Assembly: GCA_038139415.1 (NCBI GenBank)
Contig: JAYOSV010000002.1
Span: 111,697 to 175,696 of the forward strand
DNA: 64,000 bases
Source of the DNA: Verrucomicrobiales bacterium
GTDB taxonomy: Bacteria > Verrucomicrobiota > Verrucomicrobiia > Limisphaerales > UBA1100
Direction of reading: 5' to 3'
In this document: positions 39,936 through 49,393 of the stretch, piece after piece
Layout of the letters: each line of letters opens with the position of its first letter
How positions within the stretch are numbered: position 1 is the stretch's first letter
Program-made: the position numbers and the translations under genes
Notes under the pieces: model-generated
Told to the model about the DNA's origin: nothing
The model's database searches: none
Seen by the model: only the letters and a program-made list of their open reading frames with translations

Positions 39936-40823
39936 ATGCGATTCATTCGCGATATTCTTCATGAAGCGGCCGAGGCAGGGCGCCCAGCAATTTCCTGCGA
40001 ATTTTTCCCGGCCAAAACCCCTCAAGGTGAGCAGGCGCTGGTGGAGAAAATTGTTCCGCGGCTCAAGGCCGTTAATCCGGCATTTTTTTCGGTTACCTAC
40101 GGTGCCGGCGGTAGTACCCGCGAAAAGACGCTGGGGATCGTGGATGCTATCCAGCAGCAACATCAGGTGCCAACCATGGCGCACCTCACCTGCGTGGGCA
40201 GCACGCGGGCGGATATCGGCTCGGTATTGGATGAAGCGAAGCAGCGGGGCATCGACAATATTCTCGCCCTGCGCGGTGACCCACCGGCCGGAGAAGTCTT
40301 TACCAAGCCCGAAGGCGGTTTCGAATACTCCTACGAATTGGTGGAACACATTCATACCCGGAATGAGTTTAGTATCGGCGTGGCGGGCTTTCCGGAAGGA
40401 CACATTGCCTGCACAGAAGGACGCGAAGTGGATTGTGATCGCCTGAAAGCCAAGGTGGATAGCGGGGCCGATTTTGTGATCACCCAGCTCTTTTTTGATA
40501 ACGCAGATTTTTATGCCTTTCGGGATTACCTCCGTGAACGGGGCATGAACCAGCCGATCGTGGCGGGGATCATCCCGATATTGAGCGCCCGCCAGATTCA
40601 GCGCTTCACTGAATTGTGCGGCTCCAAACTCACACCGGAGATTACTGCGCGCCTGGATGAGCTGGGTGATGACGACGAGGCGGTCAGCACCTTTGGGATC
40701 GAGTACGCCACCCGTCAATGTGCGGACTTGATCGAGAACGGCGTAGAAGGGCTTCACTTTTATACGCTCAACAAATCCCGCGCCACGCTCGCCGTGGCGG
40801 GGAATCTCGGACTCACCCAATGA
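39936..40823 (+). CDS. metF: Methylenetetrahydrofolate reductase
   Basis: SxEFFP, SVTYGAGGS, AHLTC, LALRGD, ITQLFFD, LHFYTLN. Confidence 0.96.
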   Translation: MRFIRDILHEAAEAGRPAISCEFFPAKTPQGEQALVEKIVPRLKAVNPAFFSVTYGAGGSTREKTLGIVDAIQQQHQVPTMAHLTCVGSTRADIGSVLDEAKQRGIDNILALRGDPPAGEVFTKPEGGFEYSYELVEHIHTRNEFSIGVAGFPEGHIACTEGREVDCDRLKAKVDSGADFVITQLFFDNADFYAFRDYLRERGMNQPIVAGIIPILSARQIQRFTELCGSKLTPEITARLDELGDDDEAVSTFGIEYATRQCADLIENGVEGLHFYTLNKSRATLAVAGNLGLTQ

Positions 40824-41401
40824 GCACCCGTGTCCTCGGCCTGACGGGCGGCGTGGGGATGGGTAAATCCACGGCGGCGCGACTACTGAAAAAGGCCGGC
40901 TTGCCGGTGGTGGATTCGGATGATTTGGCGCGTGAAGCCGTGCAGCCCGGCACGGAGGGCTTGGCCGAGATTGCAGATGAGTTTGGGGAGGAATTCCTAA
41001 AGCCGGATGGTTCGCTGGATCGCGACAAGATGGCTTCCACGGTTTTTCAGGATCAAGCCGCGCGGAGACAGCTCGAACTCATTATCCATCCCCGTGTTCG
41101 TGCTGTCTGGGAAAATCGGATTGAACAATGGCGCGAACAAAAACGACCGGTTGGGGTGGTGGTGATTCCGTTGTTGTTTGAGGTTGGCCTGCAGGATTCA
41201 TTTGATGCCGTACTTTGCGTGGCTAGCACGGCCAGCACTCAGCGGTCTCGGTTGCGAGGGCGGAATTGGAGTGACGCCCAAATCGCTGCTCGCATTGCGG
41301 CGCAAATGGACATTGCCCAAAAGATGGATCTAGCCGACCATGTTCTGTGGAACGAGGGCACACCGGATCAATTGGGCGAGCAGTTGAATGGGATTCTGTA
41401 A
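40820..41401 (+). CDS. coaE: Dephospho-CoA kinase
   Basis: GLTGGVGMGKST, LDR, IIHP, IPLLFE. Confidence 0.95.
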   Translation: MSTRVLGLTGGVGMGKSTAARLLKKAGLPVVDSDDLAREAVQPGTEGLAEIADEFGEEFLKPDGSLDRDKMASTVFQDQAARRQLELIIHPRVRAVWENRIEQWREQKRPVGVVVIPLLFEVGLQDSFDAVLCVASTASTQRSRLRGRNWSDAQIAARIAAQMDIAQKMDLADHVLWNEGTPDQLGEQLNGIL

Positions 41402-41673
41402 TGAATAAGAAAACGTGGTTAATTATCGGGATTGTCTGTTGCTGCATTTACATATTGAGCCCCTTGGATTTACTGCCGGAAATTGCGCTGGGGCCGTTTG
41501 GCGTGATTGATGACGCAGGCGTGTTGGGATTCATGCTCTTTCTGATCAAGTCTCTATGGGGGCTGCGCGATTCGGAAGCGCAATTGCAGGGGGAGCCGCC
41601 AACCGTGCAGGTCGTGGAAGTGGATGACGAGCCGCGGCCCGACGATCCACCCAAGCTTACTGATGGGCAATGA
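41401..41673 (+). CDS. DUF1232/YkvA-like membrane protein
   Basis: YILSPLDLLPE...GVIDD motif. Confidence 0.8.
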   Translation: MNKKTWLIIGIVCCCIYILSPLDLLPEIALGPFGVIDDAGVLGFMLFLIKSLWGLRDSEAQLQGEPPTVQVVEVDDEPRPDDPPKLTDGQ

Positions 41674-43862
41674 TTCTGTCCGACATTGAGTTTGAGGCCA
41701 TCACTGGCGGCACGCATACGTCGCCTCATGATTTATTAGGCATGCACCGGCTCACCGATGGCGGGGTGGTGGTGCGAGCGTTTCTGCCCTTGGCCAAGGG
41801 AGTGGTGGCGGTGCCAGCGGATCAAGTGAACAAACCCGTGATCCCGTTGCGGCGTGTGGGAGATTCGGATTTGTTTGAAGGCGTGGCGGAGGAGGAAACT
41901 GAATTGTTTCCCTACGACCTCGCTATTACCTGGGGGAGCGGTGAGCAGTGGCGTACCCGGGATCCGTTTTCCTTTCTGCCGACCATCAGTCAAGACGATT
42001 TATTTCTCTTTGGGCAGGGCGATGAACGGCGGATTTATGAAAAACTGGGAGCGCATCCTCGGACGATTGATGGCGTTAGTGGCACCAGCTTCGCAGTGTG
42101 GGCTCCCAACGCCAAACGGGTGAGCGTGGTGGGGGATTTCAACGGGTGGGATGCCCGGCATCATCCCATGCGGGTGCTGGGCAAATCCGGGGTGTGGGAG
42201 TTGTTTGCGCCCGGATGCGGGGTGGGGAGCCATTACAAATTTCAGATCCTCACACAAGATGGGCGTGTGCTGGAGAAGACCGATCCGTTCGGGTTCTTTT
42301 TTGAAATCGCCCCAAAAACCGCATCGATTGTCTGGGACAACAGTCGGTTTGCTTGGGGGGATGATTCTTGGATAAAACGGCGTTCTGATCGCGATCCCCG
42401 TCGGGAGCCAATGAGTATCTATGAATTGCACCTCGGATCTTGGCGGAAAAAAAGCAGAGGAGAATCCTTTAGTTACCGAAAGCTGGCGGACAAGTTGGTG
42501 GATTACGTCCGGAAAATGGGCTTTACCCATGTCGAGTTCATGCCGGTAGCCGAGCATGCATACTATCCCTCGTGGGGCTATCAGGTTACGGGCTTTTACG
42601 CGCCTAGTAGCCGATATGGGACGCCGGAGAAATTTCAAATCCTAGTCAATACATTGCACGAGGCCGGTATTGCAGTGATTGTGGATTGGGTGCCGGCTCA
42701 TTTCCCCAAGGACGACTGGGCGTTGGCCGATTTTGATGGGACGCCGTTGTATGAATACTCCGATCCGCAACAAGGGGAACACCCGGATTGGGGAACTGCG
42801 GTGTTCAATTATGGCCGGCCGGAAGTTCGCAATTTCCTGACCGCCAATGCCCGGTTTTGGTGTGATCAGTTTCATGTAGATGGATTGCGCGTGGACGCAG
42901 TGGCCTCGATGCTCTACCTGGACTATTCCCGTGAAGAGGGTCAATGGACGCCGAATGCGCAGGGAGGTAATGAGAATCTGGAGGCAATCGATTTATTGCG
43001 GCACGCAAACCATGTCGTGCAATCCGAATTTCCCGGAGTAGCCACGATCGCCGAGGAATCTACTGCTTGGCCGGGTGTGACTCAGGATGGGGCGACCGGA
43101 GGGCTGGGCTTCACCTTCAAGTGGGACATGGGTTGGATGCATGACACGCTGGGTTATTTTCAGCGCGATCCGGTTCATCGCCCCTGGCACCAGGATCAGT
43201 TGACGTTTGCTTCGTCCTATCGTGAACAAGAACATTACGTGTTGCCGTTATCACATGACGAAGTAGTGCATGAGAAACGCTCATTGCTGGGGCGCATGCC
43301 CGGCGACGAGTGGCAGCAGTTCGCTAACCTTAAGGTATTGCTGGGGTATCAATGGTTGTTTACGGGGAAACCATTACTCTTTATGGGGGGCGAATTTGGT
43401 CAGCGCACGGAGTGGAATGCGGATGGAGAGATTGATTGGAGCAGTCTGGAGTCGGGTAATTTACCCACCTGTTTGCAGCAGTGGGTGAGTGATTTGAATC
43501 ACCTGTACCGCGATGAACCGGCGCTGTGGGCTGGGGATTATTCCGAGCGCGGATTTTTTTGGGTGGATTGTAAGGATCACCTAAACAGTGTGGCGACCTT
43601 TGTGCGGCAGACACCTGAGTCCGATCGATGCGTGTTGGTAGTGCTGAACCTGACGCCCTTGGCGCGGGAGCCTTACCGCATAGGCTTGCCTCAAGCGGGC
43701 GAATGGCGCGAGGTGCTAAATAGCGATTCGGAATTCTATGGCGGCACAAACCAAGGCAACGGCGGGGGCGTGCATTCGAAGGAGGTGCCTTGGCATGATC
43801 AACCGTGGTCGGCGGAATTTGTATTGCCACCCTTGAGCTGCTCAGTTTTCCGCCTAGTTTGA
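41670..43862 (+). CDS. glgB: 1,4-alpha-glucan branching enzyme
   Basis: FAVWAPNA, IYELHLGSW, SWGYQ, DGLRVDAVASMLY, AEEST, SHDEVVH. Confidence 0.97.
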   Translation: MILSDIEFEAITGGTHTSPHDLLGMHRLTDGGVVVRAFLPLAKGVVAVPADQVNKPVIPLRRVGDSDLFEGVAEEETELFPYDLAITWGSGEQWRTRDPFSFLPTISQDDLFLFGQGDERRIYEKLGAHPRTIDGVSGTSFAVWAPNAKRVSVVGDFNGWDARHHPMRVLGKSGVWELFAPGCGVGSHYKFQILTQDGRVLEKTDPFGFFFEIAPKTASIVWDNSRFAWGDDSWIKRRSDRDPRREPMSIYELHLGSWRKKSRGESFSYRKLADKLVDYVRKMGFTHVEFMPVAEHAYYPSWGYQVTGFYAPSSRYGTPEKFQILVNTLHEAGIAVIVDWVPAHFPKDDWALADFDGTPLYEYSDPQQGEHPDWGTAVFNYGRPEVRNFLTANARFWCDQFHVDGLRVDAVASMLYLDYSREEGQWTPNAQGGNENLEAIDLLRHANHVVQSEFPGVATIAEESTAWPGVTQDGATGGLGFTFKWDMGWMHDTLGYFQRDPVHRPWHQDQLTFASSYREQEHYVLPLSHDEVVHEKRSLLGRMPGDEWQQFANLKVLLGYQWLFTGKPLLFMGGEFGQRTEWNADGEIDWSSLESGNLPTCLQQWVSDLNHLYRDEPALWAGDYSERGFFWVDCKDHLNSVATFVRQTPESDRCVLVVLNLTPLAREPYRIGLPQAGEWREVLNSDSEFYGGTNQGNGGGVHSKEVPWHDQPWSAEFVLPPLSCSVFRLV

Positions 43863-43942
43863 TTCACAAGTGTGGATATCGTCCATTTGACTCTCCGGAC
43901 TGTTGGGTGACTCTTTCGAAGAAACCAAAAAAACCCGAAAAG

Positions 43943-44009
43943 TTGACAAAAACAGGGTTTCTTGGTACTAAAAACAGCTCAAGGAGAGTTGCCTTTCAGG
44001 AGGTAAGGC
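43943..44009 (+). promoter_or_regulatory. tolQ promoter and structured leader
   Basis: TTGACA-N17-TACTAA; leader hairpins CAGCTC-AAGGA-GAGTTG and TGCCTT-TCAGGAGGT-AAGGCA around the SD. Confidence 0.55.
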
Positions 44010-44942
44010 ATGTTAAACGCACCATTTTTGGCAGCGGCCGCGTCAGCTCCGGCTGAAACGCAGCCCACGTATTTGTTTGTCTGGGAACAGTTGGAAGGAC
44101 CCGGGTTGGCGATCATCGTCATCCTAGTTCTGTTTTCCACCTGTGCCTGGGGCGTGATGGCATTCAAGGCGCTGCAGCTGCGACGCGCGCGCAAGTACAA
44201 CCGCTACTTCGATCAGGAGTTTCGAAGCCAATCGCGTGTGCTGGCAATGTATGAGCGGCGAATTTCGGCGGAGGGTTGTCCACTTTTCAACGTCTATCAG
44301 GAGGGCTGTATTGCCCTGGAGGAGCGGCTGCGCGACAAGGAGGGCAACCGGCACCGTTACGTTTCTTTGAAATCAGTGGAACATATCAAGGGCCTAATCG
44401 AGAGCACTGTGGCGCGCGAATCGGTGGCGTTGGAGTCTGGTATTATTCTGCTCGCCATTGCGGTGAGTGGCGCGCCTTTCATGGGGTTGTTGGGCACGGT
44501 TTGGGGTGTGATGGAAGTGTTCAGTGCAGCGGCACAGGAAGGCAACGCCTCACTCACCACGGTGGCTCCAGGTGTGGCAGCGGCCTTGGCCACTACGGTG
44601 GCAGGTCTGATGGTGGCGATCCCGTCTATGTTCGGTTACAACTGGCTGGTGCATAATCTGCGGGTGGCGACCGTGGAAATGGATAATTTTGCTCAGGAAT
44701 TAAGCGCCAAAATCGAGGCGGAATACCTGCAGGAAGTGCCGGTCAATGCACGGGAACCTCAAGCCGTCATGGAAAAGCAATCGGCCGAGCCGGAGCTGGA
44801 TCCCATTCAAACCCCGGCCCCACAAGTCAAACCGCAACCCAAGCTTAAACCCAAGGCCGCGGAGGAAACGCAAGTGTTTCAGGAGCCAAAGGAAAACGAT
44901 CAGCCCGATTTGTTGCCACCGGATACGGAGGTGGAATCGTGA
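44010..44942 (+). CDS. tolQ: TolQ/ExbB-family proton channel with C-terminal extension
   Basis: APFMGLLGTVWGVM, APGVAAALATTVAGLMVAIP; first gene of the tol-pal-like operon. Confidence 0.85.
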   Translation: MLNAPFLAAAASAPAETQPTYLFVWEQLEGPGLAIIVILVLFSTCAWGVMAFKALQLRRARKYNRYFDQEFRSQSRVLAMYERRISAEGCPLFNVYQEGCIALEERLRDKEGNRHRYVSLKSVEHIKGLIESTVARESVALESGIILLAIAVSGAPFMGLLGTVWGVMEVFSAAAQEGNASLTTVAPGVAAALATTVAGLMVAIPSMFGYNWLVHNLRVATVEMDNFAQELSAKIEAEYLQEVPVNAREPQAVMEKQSAEPELDPIQTPAPQVKPQPKLKPKAAEETQVFQEPKENDQPDLLPPDTEVES

Positions 44943-45355
44943 GGCGCTTTTCGAAGAGAAACCAGTTGGTCACCTTGAGTGACCTGAATGTGACGCCAAT
45001 GCTGGATCTAGCGTTTGTGTTGCTCATTATTTTTGTGATCGCCACACCGTTGTTGGAGCAAGGGATGAAGCTTGAGTTGCCTGAGGGAGGTGCGTCGGAT
45101 GCGTCGGTTAAGCGCGATGATGTACGTACGGTGGAAGTCAGCCGTGATGGCCAATATCTACTGGATCGCAAACCGATGACGTTGGATCAGCTCGAGACGG
45201 CGCTCAAGGTAGCCCACGCGGGCAACCCGGAAACGGTGGTCTACATCCGCGCCGATCAGCACGGGTTTAACAAGGATTTGTATGCGGTGATTGATGTCTG
45301 CCAAAAGAATGGTCTGACCAAATTTTCACTGCGCACCAAGGAGGATGAACGATGA
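44939..45355 (+). CDS. tolR: TolR/ExbD-family protein
   Basis: LNVTPMLDLAFVLLIIFVI, VYIRAD. Confidence 0.85.
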   Translation: MRRFSKRNQLVTLSDLNVTPMLDLAFVLLIIFVIATPLLEQGMKLELPEGGASDASVKRDDVRTVEVSRDGQYLLDRKPMTLDQLETALKVAHAGNPETVVYIRADQHGFNKDLYAVIDVCQKNGLTKFSLRTKEDER

Positions 45356-46194
45356 CTCGATTGCTTAAGAAATGCATATTCCTTTCCGTTGGTTTGCATG
45401 TGCTGGTGGCGGCGTTGTTGATCGCGGTTGCGGCATTTTTCATTACCAAACCGGAAAAGGTGGCCCCAACGCTAAGCATGATTGCGCCGGAGGTATTGGA
45501 TAATCTACTGAACCCGCAATCGGCACCAGTGCAGCCCCGGGTGACTCCTACGCCGCCGCAGCCGCCAGTTCAACGGAATCGGGCCCCCGAACCGCCCACG
45601 CCACGGCCGCCGAATAAAGTGGCGCCAGTGCCAACGCCTACCCCGCCCAAGCCATTATCCAAAAAGGCGTCGCCCACCAAGAAAACCACCCCGCCCAAGA
45701 GCACCCCCGCTAAGAAGCGGCCGCCGATCAAGATTAATGCCAGTACCAAAACGGTGAATGGCGGAGGCAGCACATCGCGGTCACCAGTGGCTCCGCCCAT
45801 ACGTCCGTCGGTCAATACCGAAGGATTGAGGAAGACGGTGAAAAATCTCCGCACACAATTGTCGGCCGGTATCAAGGTGAATGTCTCCGGCGCGAATGCG
45901 GCAGCATTTACCTCCTATGCTCAGTATGTGGTGTCGGTTTATCGGCGAACATGGGAGCCGTTAATTCCAAAAACACTGGCACGTTCGCGGGTGGCCGTGG
46001 TCTCTGTGACTGTAGATCGAACCGGCAAGGTGCTCAGTGCGCGGGTTGTTCGCAAGACAGGGGATGCGGCATTGGATCGTTCTGTACAAAGTGCGCTTGA
46101 CCGCGTGCGCAGCATTGGCAAGCCTTTCCCCTCGGGCTCGAATGATTCCAAGCGCACTTTTACCTTGGACTTCACGCCCCGGATTCAAGGATGA
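45352..46194 (+). CDS. TolA/TonB-like energy transducer
   Basis: TM with SxxxH (SVGLH), Pro/Lys-rich linker, TonB_2-like C-domain (GxVL..., DxSVxxAL). Confidence 0.8.
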   Translation: MTRLLKKCIFLSVGLHVLVAALLIAVAAFFITKPEKVAPTLSMIAPEVLDNLLNPQSAPVQPRVTPTPPQPPVQRNRAPEPPTPRPPNKVAPVPTPTPPKPLSKKASPTKKTTPPKSTPAKKRPPIKINASTKTVNGGGSTSRSPVAPPIRPSVNTEGLRKTVKNLRTQLSAGIKVNVSGANAAAFTSYAQYVVSVYRRTWEPLIPKTLARSRVAVVSVTVDRTGKVLSARVVRKTGDAALDRSVQSALDRVRSIGKPFPSGSNDSKRTFTLDFTPRIQG

Positions 46195-46195
46195 T

Positions 46196-47404
46196 ATGAT
46201 GAGAATGGTTTGGTGTTTGCTGGCGTTCGGAGTACTAGAACTTTCGAGTATTCAACTGCACGCCGGGGCGGCTCCCGACGGGGGTAATCTTCAGGTCGTT
46301 GGCGAGGCCCGCAATAAACTGATTCCAGTTGCTCTGGAGGGCTTCACTGGGGAAGTGGCCAGCGTCTTGAAATTCGATCTGGAGGTCATGGGGTGCAAGG
46401 TAGTGCCTTCAGCCGATGCCGCCTTTTTGGTCCGGGGTAAAGCCGATGGTAGCGTGGTAGGGGCTCTCACTGACAAAGCGGGAAACCCCGGTTTCAATCG
46501 CCGCTACAGCGGAGGGAATCTCCGCGACCAGGCGCATGCCTTGAGTAACGATGTGATTCAGGCGCTCACGGGATTGCCTGGAATCGCGAGTACGCGCGTG
46601 CTGTTCAAAATGAAAACCGGCCCGCGTGCTGAAGAGGTTTTCCTGTCCGACTACGACGGCCACAAGCCGGTGGCGCTTACGAATGACAAGACGTTGGTGA
46701 GCGCACCACGTTGGTCGCCGGATCACAGTAAGGTGTTTTACACCACTTGGCTGAAACGAGGGGGGATAGAAAATACCACAGTCATTCGGCAAAATATGAA
46801 AACCGGTGAACGCGAAGTGATGGCGCGTTATCGCGGGTTGAACACCGGCGGGGCATTGTCCCCTCAAGGGTTTTTGGCAATGATCCTCAGTCGCGGAGGC
46901 AGTCCGGATGTGTATGTGGCGCCACCAGGCTGGAAGTTCATGGAGGATCTCAAGGGCCAAAACCTTCGGCGTATGTGTGTGACTCGCGAAGAGGAGAACG
47001 GGGTCACCTGGTCGCCGGATGGCCAATGGCTTTGCTTTGCAACGCGCGCCAACGGTAAACGCATGTTGGTGAAAGTGGCGGCTCAGGGGGGTAACATGAT
47101 TCGCATTCCGACCAGTGGCGTACTGAATCCTTCCGAGCCCAATTGGTCGCCCGACGGGAAATCCATTGCCTTCACCGCAGCGATGGGCGGGTTCAATGTT
47201 TGCGTGGTCCCGGCCCAAGGCGGAGCCGCCACGGTGGTGGCTGCGGGGGAGGCGCCGACTTGGGCGCCGAACAGTCGCAACCTCATCTTTACTCGCAGGG
47301 GTGTGAATAAGAGGCAGTTGGCAATTGTTGACGTGCCCACAAAACAGGTGAAAATCCTCCCAGCCTTTGTCGGCAGTGCATCACAGCCGGCATGGGGCAA
47401 CTAA
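46196..47404 (+). CDS. tolB: TolB-like protein
   Basis: SDYDG, PD40-like repeats PRWSPD / WSPDG / PNWSPDG / PTWAPN, terminal PAW. Confidence 0.88.
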   Translation: MMRMVWCLLAFGVLELSSIQLHAGAAPDGGNLQVVGEARNKLIPVALEGFTGEVASVLKFDLEVMGCKVVPSADAAFLVRGKADGSVVGALTDKAGNPGFNRRYSGGNLRDQAHALSNDVIQALTGLPGIASTRVLFKMKTGPRAEEVFLSDYDGHKPVALTNDKTLVSAPRWSPDHSKVFYTTWLKRGGIENTTVIRQNMKTGEREVMARYRGLNTGGALSPQGFLAMILSRGGSPDVYVAPPGWKFMEDLKGQNLRRMCVTREEENGVTWSPDGQWLCFATRANGKRMLVKVAAQGGNMIRIPTSGVLNPSEPNWSPDGKSIAFTAAMGGFNVCVVPAQGGAATVVAAGEAPTWAPNSRNLIFTRRGVNKRQLAIVDVPTKQVKILPAFVGSASQPAWGN

Positions 47405-47466
47405 ACCCCCGATCGTTTGCGATCATCCGGCCCAAGGAGGGCTGGAAAGAACAAGGAGTCAAATCA

Positions 47467-48120
47467 ATGCGTGGAGAATTATACATCAAGGCTGTAGCTT
47501 GCGCCGCCCTATTGGGAATTGTCGGCATGGGCTGTAAATCCAACGACAATGCCGGACTGACCAGTATCCCCAGTTTTGCCGGTTCAGGAAATAACCCTGG
47601 CGGTGGGAACCCCAACACAGGGCCCGGAAATGGAAATGACAACGGGGGGCTGCCCGGAGGGAACCCGAATGGCAATGGCCCCAAGACCACCGGTACAGAT
47701 AATGGGGATCCCAATACACCCCTAACCATCCCGGAAAATTTCCAGGAGCAACGCGATATTTTTGAGCGTGTGCATTTTGATTATGACAGCTCCGAGTTAC
47801 GGCCGGGGGACAGGGATCTTGTAGCCCAAGTGGCGCAGCACCTGATCCAAAACCCGCAGCACATGATGCTTGTGGAAGGCCATTGCGACGAACGAGGCAC
47901 CGAGGAGTACAATCTCTCCTTGGGCGAACGACGGGCGCTGACGGTGGCTGAAGAACTCGTGCGCTTGGGCGTGTCGGCTGACCGACTGGGAACCCAGAGC
48001 TTGGGCGAGAAAGTGCCTTTGTCCGAGACCGACAGTAAGGCGGCTCGCGCAGAAAACCGACGAGGCGAGTTTGTGCTCTTCATGCCGATGACCGGCGTGG
48101 TGGAGTTGCCGCAAAACTAA
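47467..48120 (+). CDS. pal: Pal/OmpA-family lipoprotein, copy 1
   Basis: Lipobox GMGC; HFDYDS, EGHCDERGTEEYNLSLGERRA, SLGE, NRRGEF. Confidence 0.88.
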   Translation: MRGELYIKAVACAALLGIVGMGCKSNDNAGLTSIPSFAGSGNNPGGGNPNTGPGNGNDNGGLPGGNPNGNGPKTTGTDNGDPNTPLTIPENFQEQRDIFERVHFDYDSSELRPGDRDLVAQVAQHLIQNPQHMMLVEGHCDERGTEEYNLSLGERRALTVAEELVRLGVSADRLGTQSLGEKVPLSETDSKAARAENRRGEFVLFMPMTGVVELPQN

Positions 48121-48235
48121 AGGCCTCTAGGAAGCCTTGATTTGGCCGGTCCCCGTCCCGGCAGAACAGCCGGGAGGTGATCTTGCAAAACGGGAGGTTG
48201 CTCACGGTGGGTTAATAACAAGCGGTGCGCGCGGC

Positions 48236-48264
48236 TTGACCGACGCTGCTGCGGGGCGCAGAAT
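48236..48264 (+). promoter_or_regulatory. Sigma70-type promoter for pal copy 2
   Basis: TTGACC-N17-CAGAAT in the 200-bp gap between the two pal genes. Confidence 0.55.
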
Positions 48265-48326
48265 TGGGGTGCGTTGTGAGAACATGACGATTCAGGATCC
48301 TAGGAGGATCAGGGAGAAACAAGGAG

Positions 48327-48971
48327 ATGCGAGGAACTATCTATAATCTATCAGCACTGGCGTTGGGCCTGTTGCTGAGCGTGGGCTGCAAAAGCCAGAA
48401 ACCAGTGGGGCTCACCAAAATTCCCACCATGACTCCAATTGTGAAGACCGTTACTGTGCCGGGACCGGCCCAACCTTTGGGCGGAGGAAATCCGCTGCCT
48501 GGAGGAAATCCTCTGACTGGAGGTAATCCGACTGGCGGCGGAACCACTATTGTGGAGATTCCGCAGGACCCACTGAATCAAGCACTGGGCAATGGCTTTA
48601 GTGGAAACGAACTAGAGGACCGAGACATGTTCCTCGCTCAGATGGTGCAATTTGACTACGACAGCACCGCGGTTCGGCCGAGCGATCTGCCGAAGGTGGA
48701 ATTAGTGGCTCAACATCTGATCCAAAACCCCACTCATAAGCTCTTGATTGAGGGCCACTGCGACGAACGGGGTACGGAAGATTACAACGTATCGCTAGGC
48801 GAACGCCGAGCTTTGGCTGTTTTGGATGAACTACTTCGGCTAGGCATCAGTCAGGATCGTCTGCGTACCACGAGCTATGGGGAGAAAGTGCCACTCATGG
48901 ATGGCCTCACCGAGGCCGCTTTTACTCAGAATCGCCGGGGCGAATTTGTCCTCTTGCGACCAGCTAATTAA
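48327..48971 (+). CDS. pal: Pal/OmpA-family lipoprotein, copy 2
   Basis: Lipobox SVGC; QFDYDS, EGHCDERGTEDYNVSLGERRA, SYGE, NRRGEF. Confidence 0.88.
   Translation: MRGTIYNLSALALGLLLSVGCKSQKPVGLTKIPTMTPIVKTVTVPGPAQPLGGGNPLPGGNPLTGGNPTGGGTTIVEIPQDPLNQALGNGFSGNELEDRDMFLAQMVQFDYDSTAVRPSDLPKVELVAQHLIQNPTHKLLIEGHCDERGTEDYNVSLGERRALAVLDELLRLGISQDRLRTTSYGEKVPLMDGLTEAAFTQNRRGEFVLLRPAN
48483..48533 (+). repeat. Imperfect 18-bp in-frame tandem repeat (GGNPLP/GGNPLT/GGNPT) in the Pal linker
   Basis: ggaggaaatccgctgcct ggaggaaatcctctgact ggaggtaatccgact. Confidence 0.8.
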
Positions 48972-48996
48972 TCCACCCGCCAAGTCCCCCTTGGCG

Positions 48997-49023
48997 AAGC
49001 CCCGGGCGACCGGGGCTTTTTTT
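48997..49023 (+). terminator. Intrinsic terminator after pal copy 2
   Basis: AAGCCCCGG-GCGA-CCGGGGCTT plus T run; preceded by a second hairpin CGCCAAG/CTTGGCG. Confidence 0.88.
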
Positions 49024-49075
49024 GCTTTTCAATAGACTGTGAATAAAGTTAGGGTCCTCCCACGTCTTTTCACCA

Positions 49076-49378
49076 ATGAACACGTACATGCTGGCATTTA
49101 TTCAAGGTTGGGAATGGGTCATTATCCTTCTGGCCGTTCTCCTGCTCTTTGGCGCCAAGAAACTCCCTGAGTTGGCCAAGGGCCTCGGCAAGGGCATCCG
49201 CGAATTCAAGAAAGCCTCGAGCGAAATTAGCTACGAGATGGACCGGGAATCGGAGCGCCAAGATTACGAACGCGAGCAGGCTCGCCACGAAAAGGAAGAG
49301 AAGACCGACTCCAGCGAGGCAAAGCCGGCCAAGGCGGAAGTCGAGGAGACGAAGGATTCCTCCGAGTCCAAGGCCTAA
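49076..49378 (+). CDS. tatA: Twin-arginine translocase TatA
   Basis: [37 protein letters not shown]. Confidence 0.95.
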   Translation: MNTYMLAFIQGWEWVIILLAVLLLFGAKKLPELAKGLGKGIREFKKASSEISYEMDRESERQDYEREQARHEKEEKTDSSEAKPAKAEVEETKDSSESKA

Positions 49379-49393
49379 TTTCCCTGTCGCCCC

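Noticed and set aside
48137..48346. 69-aa ORF between the pal genes
   Set aside because: TTG start with no features; the region is better explained as promoter and leader of pal-2
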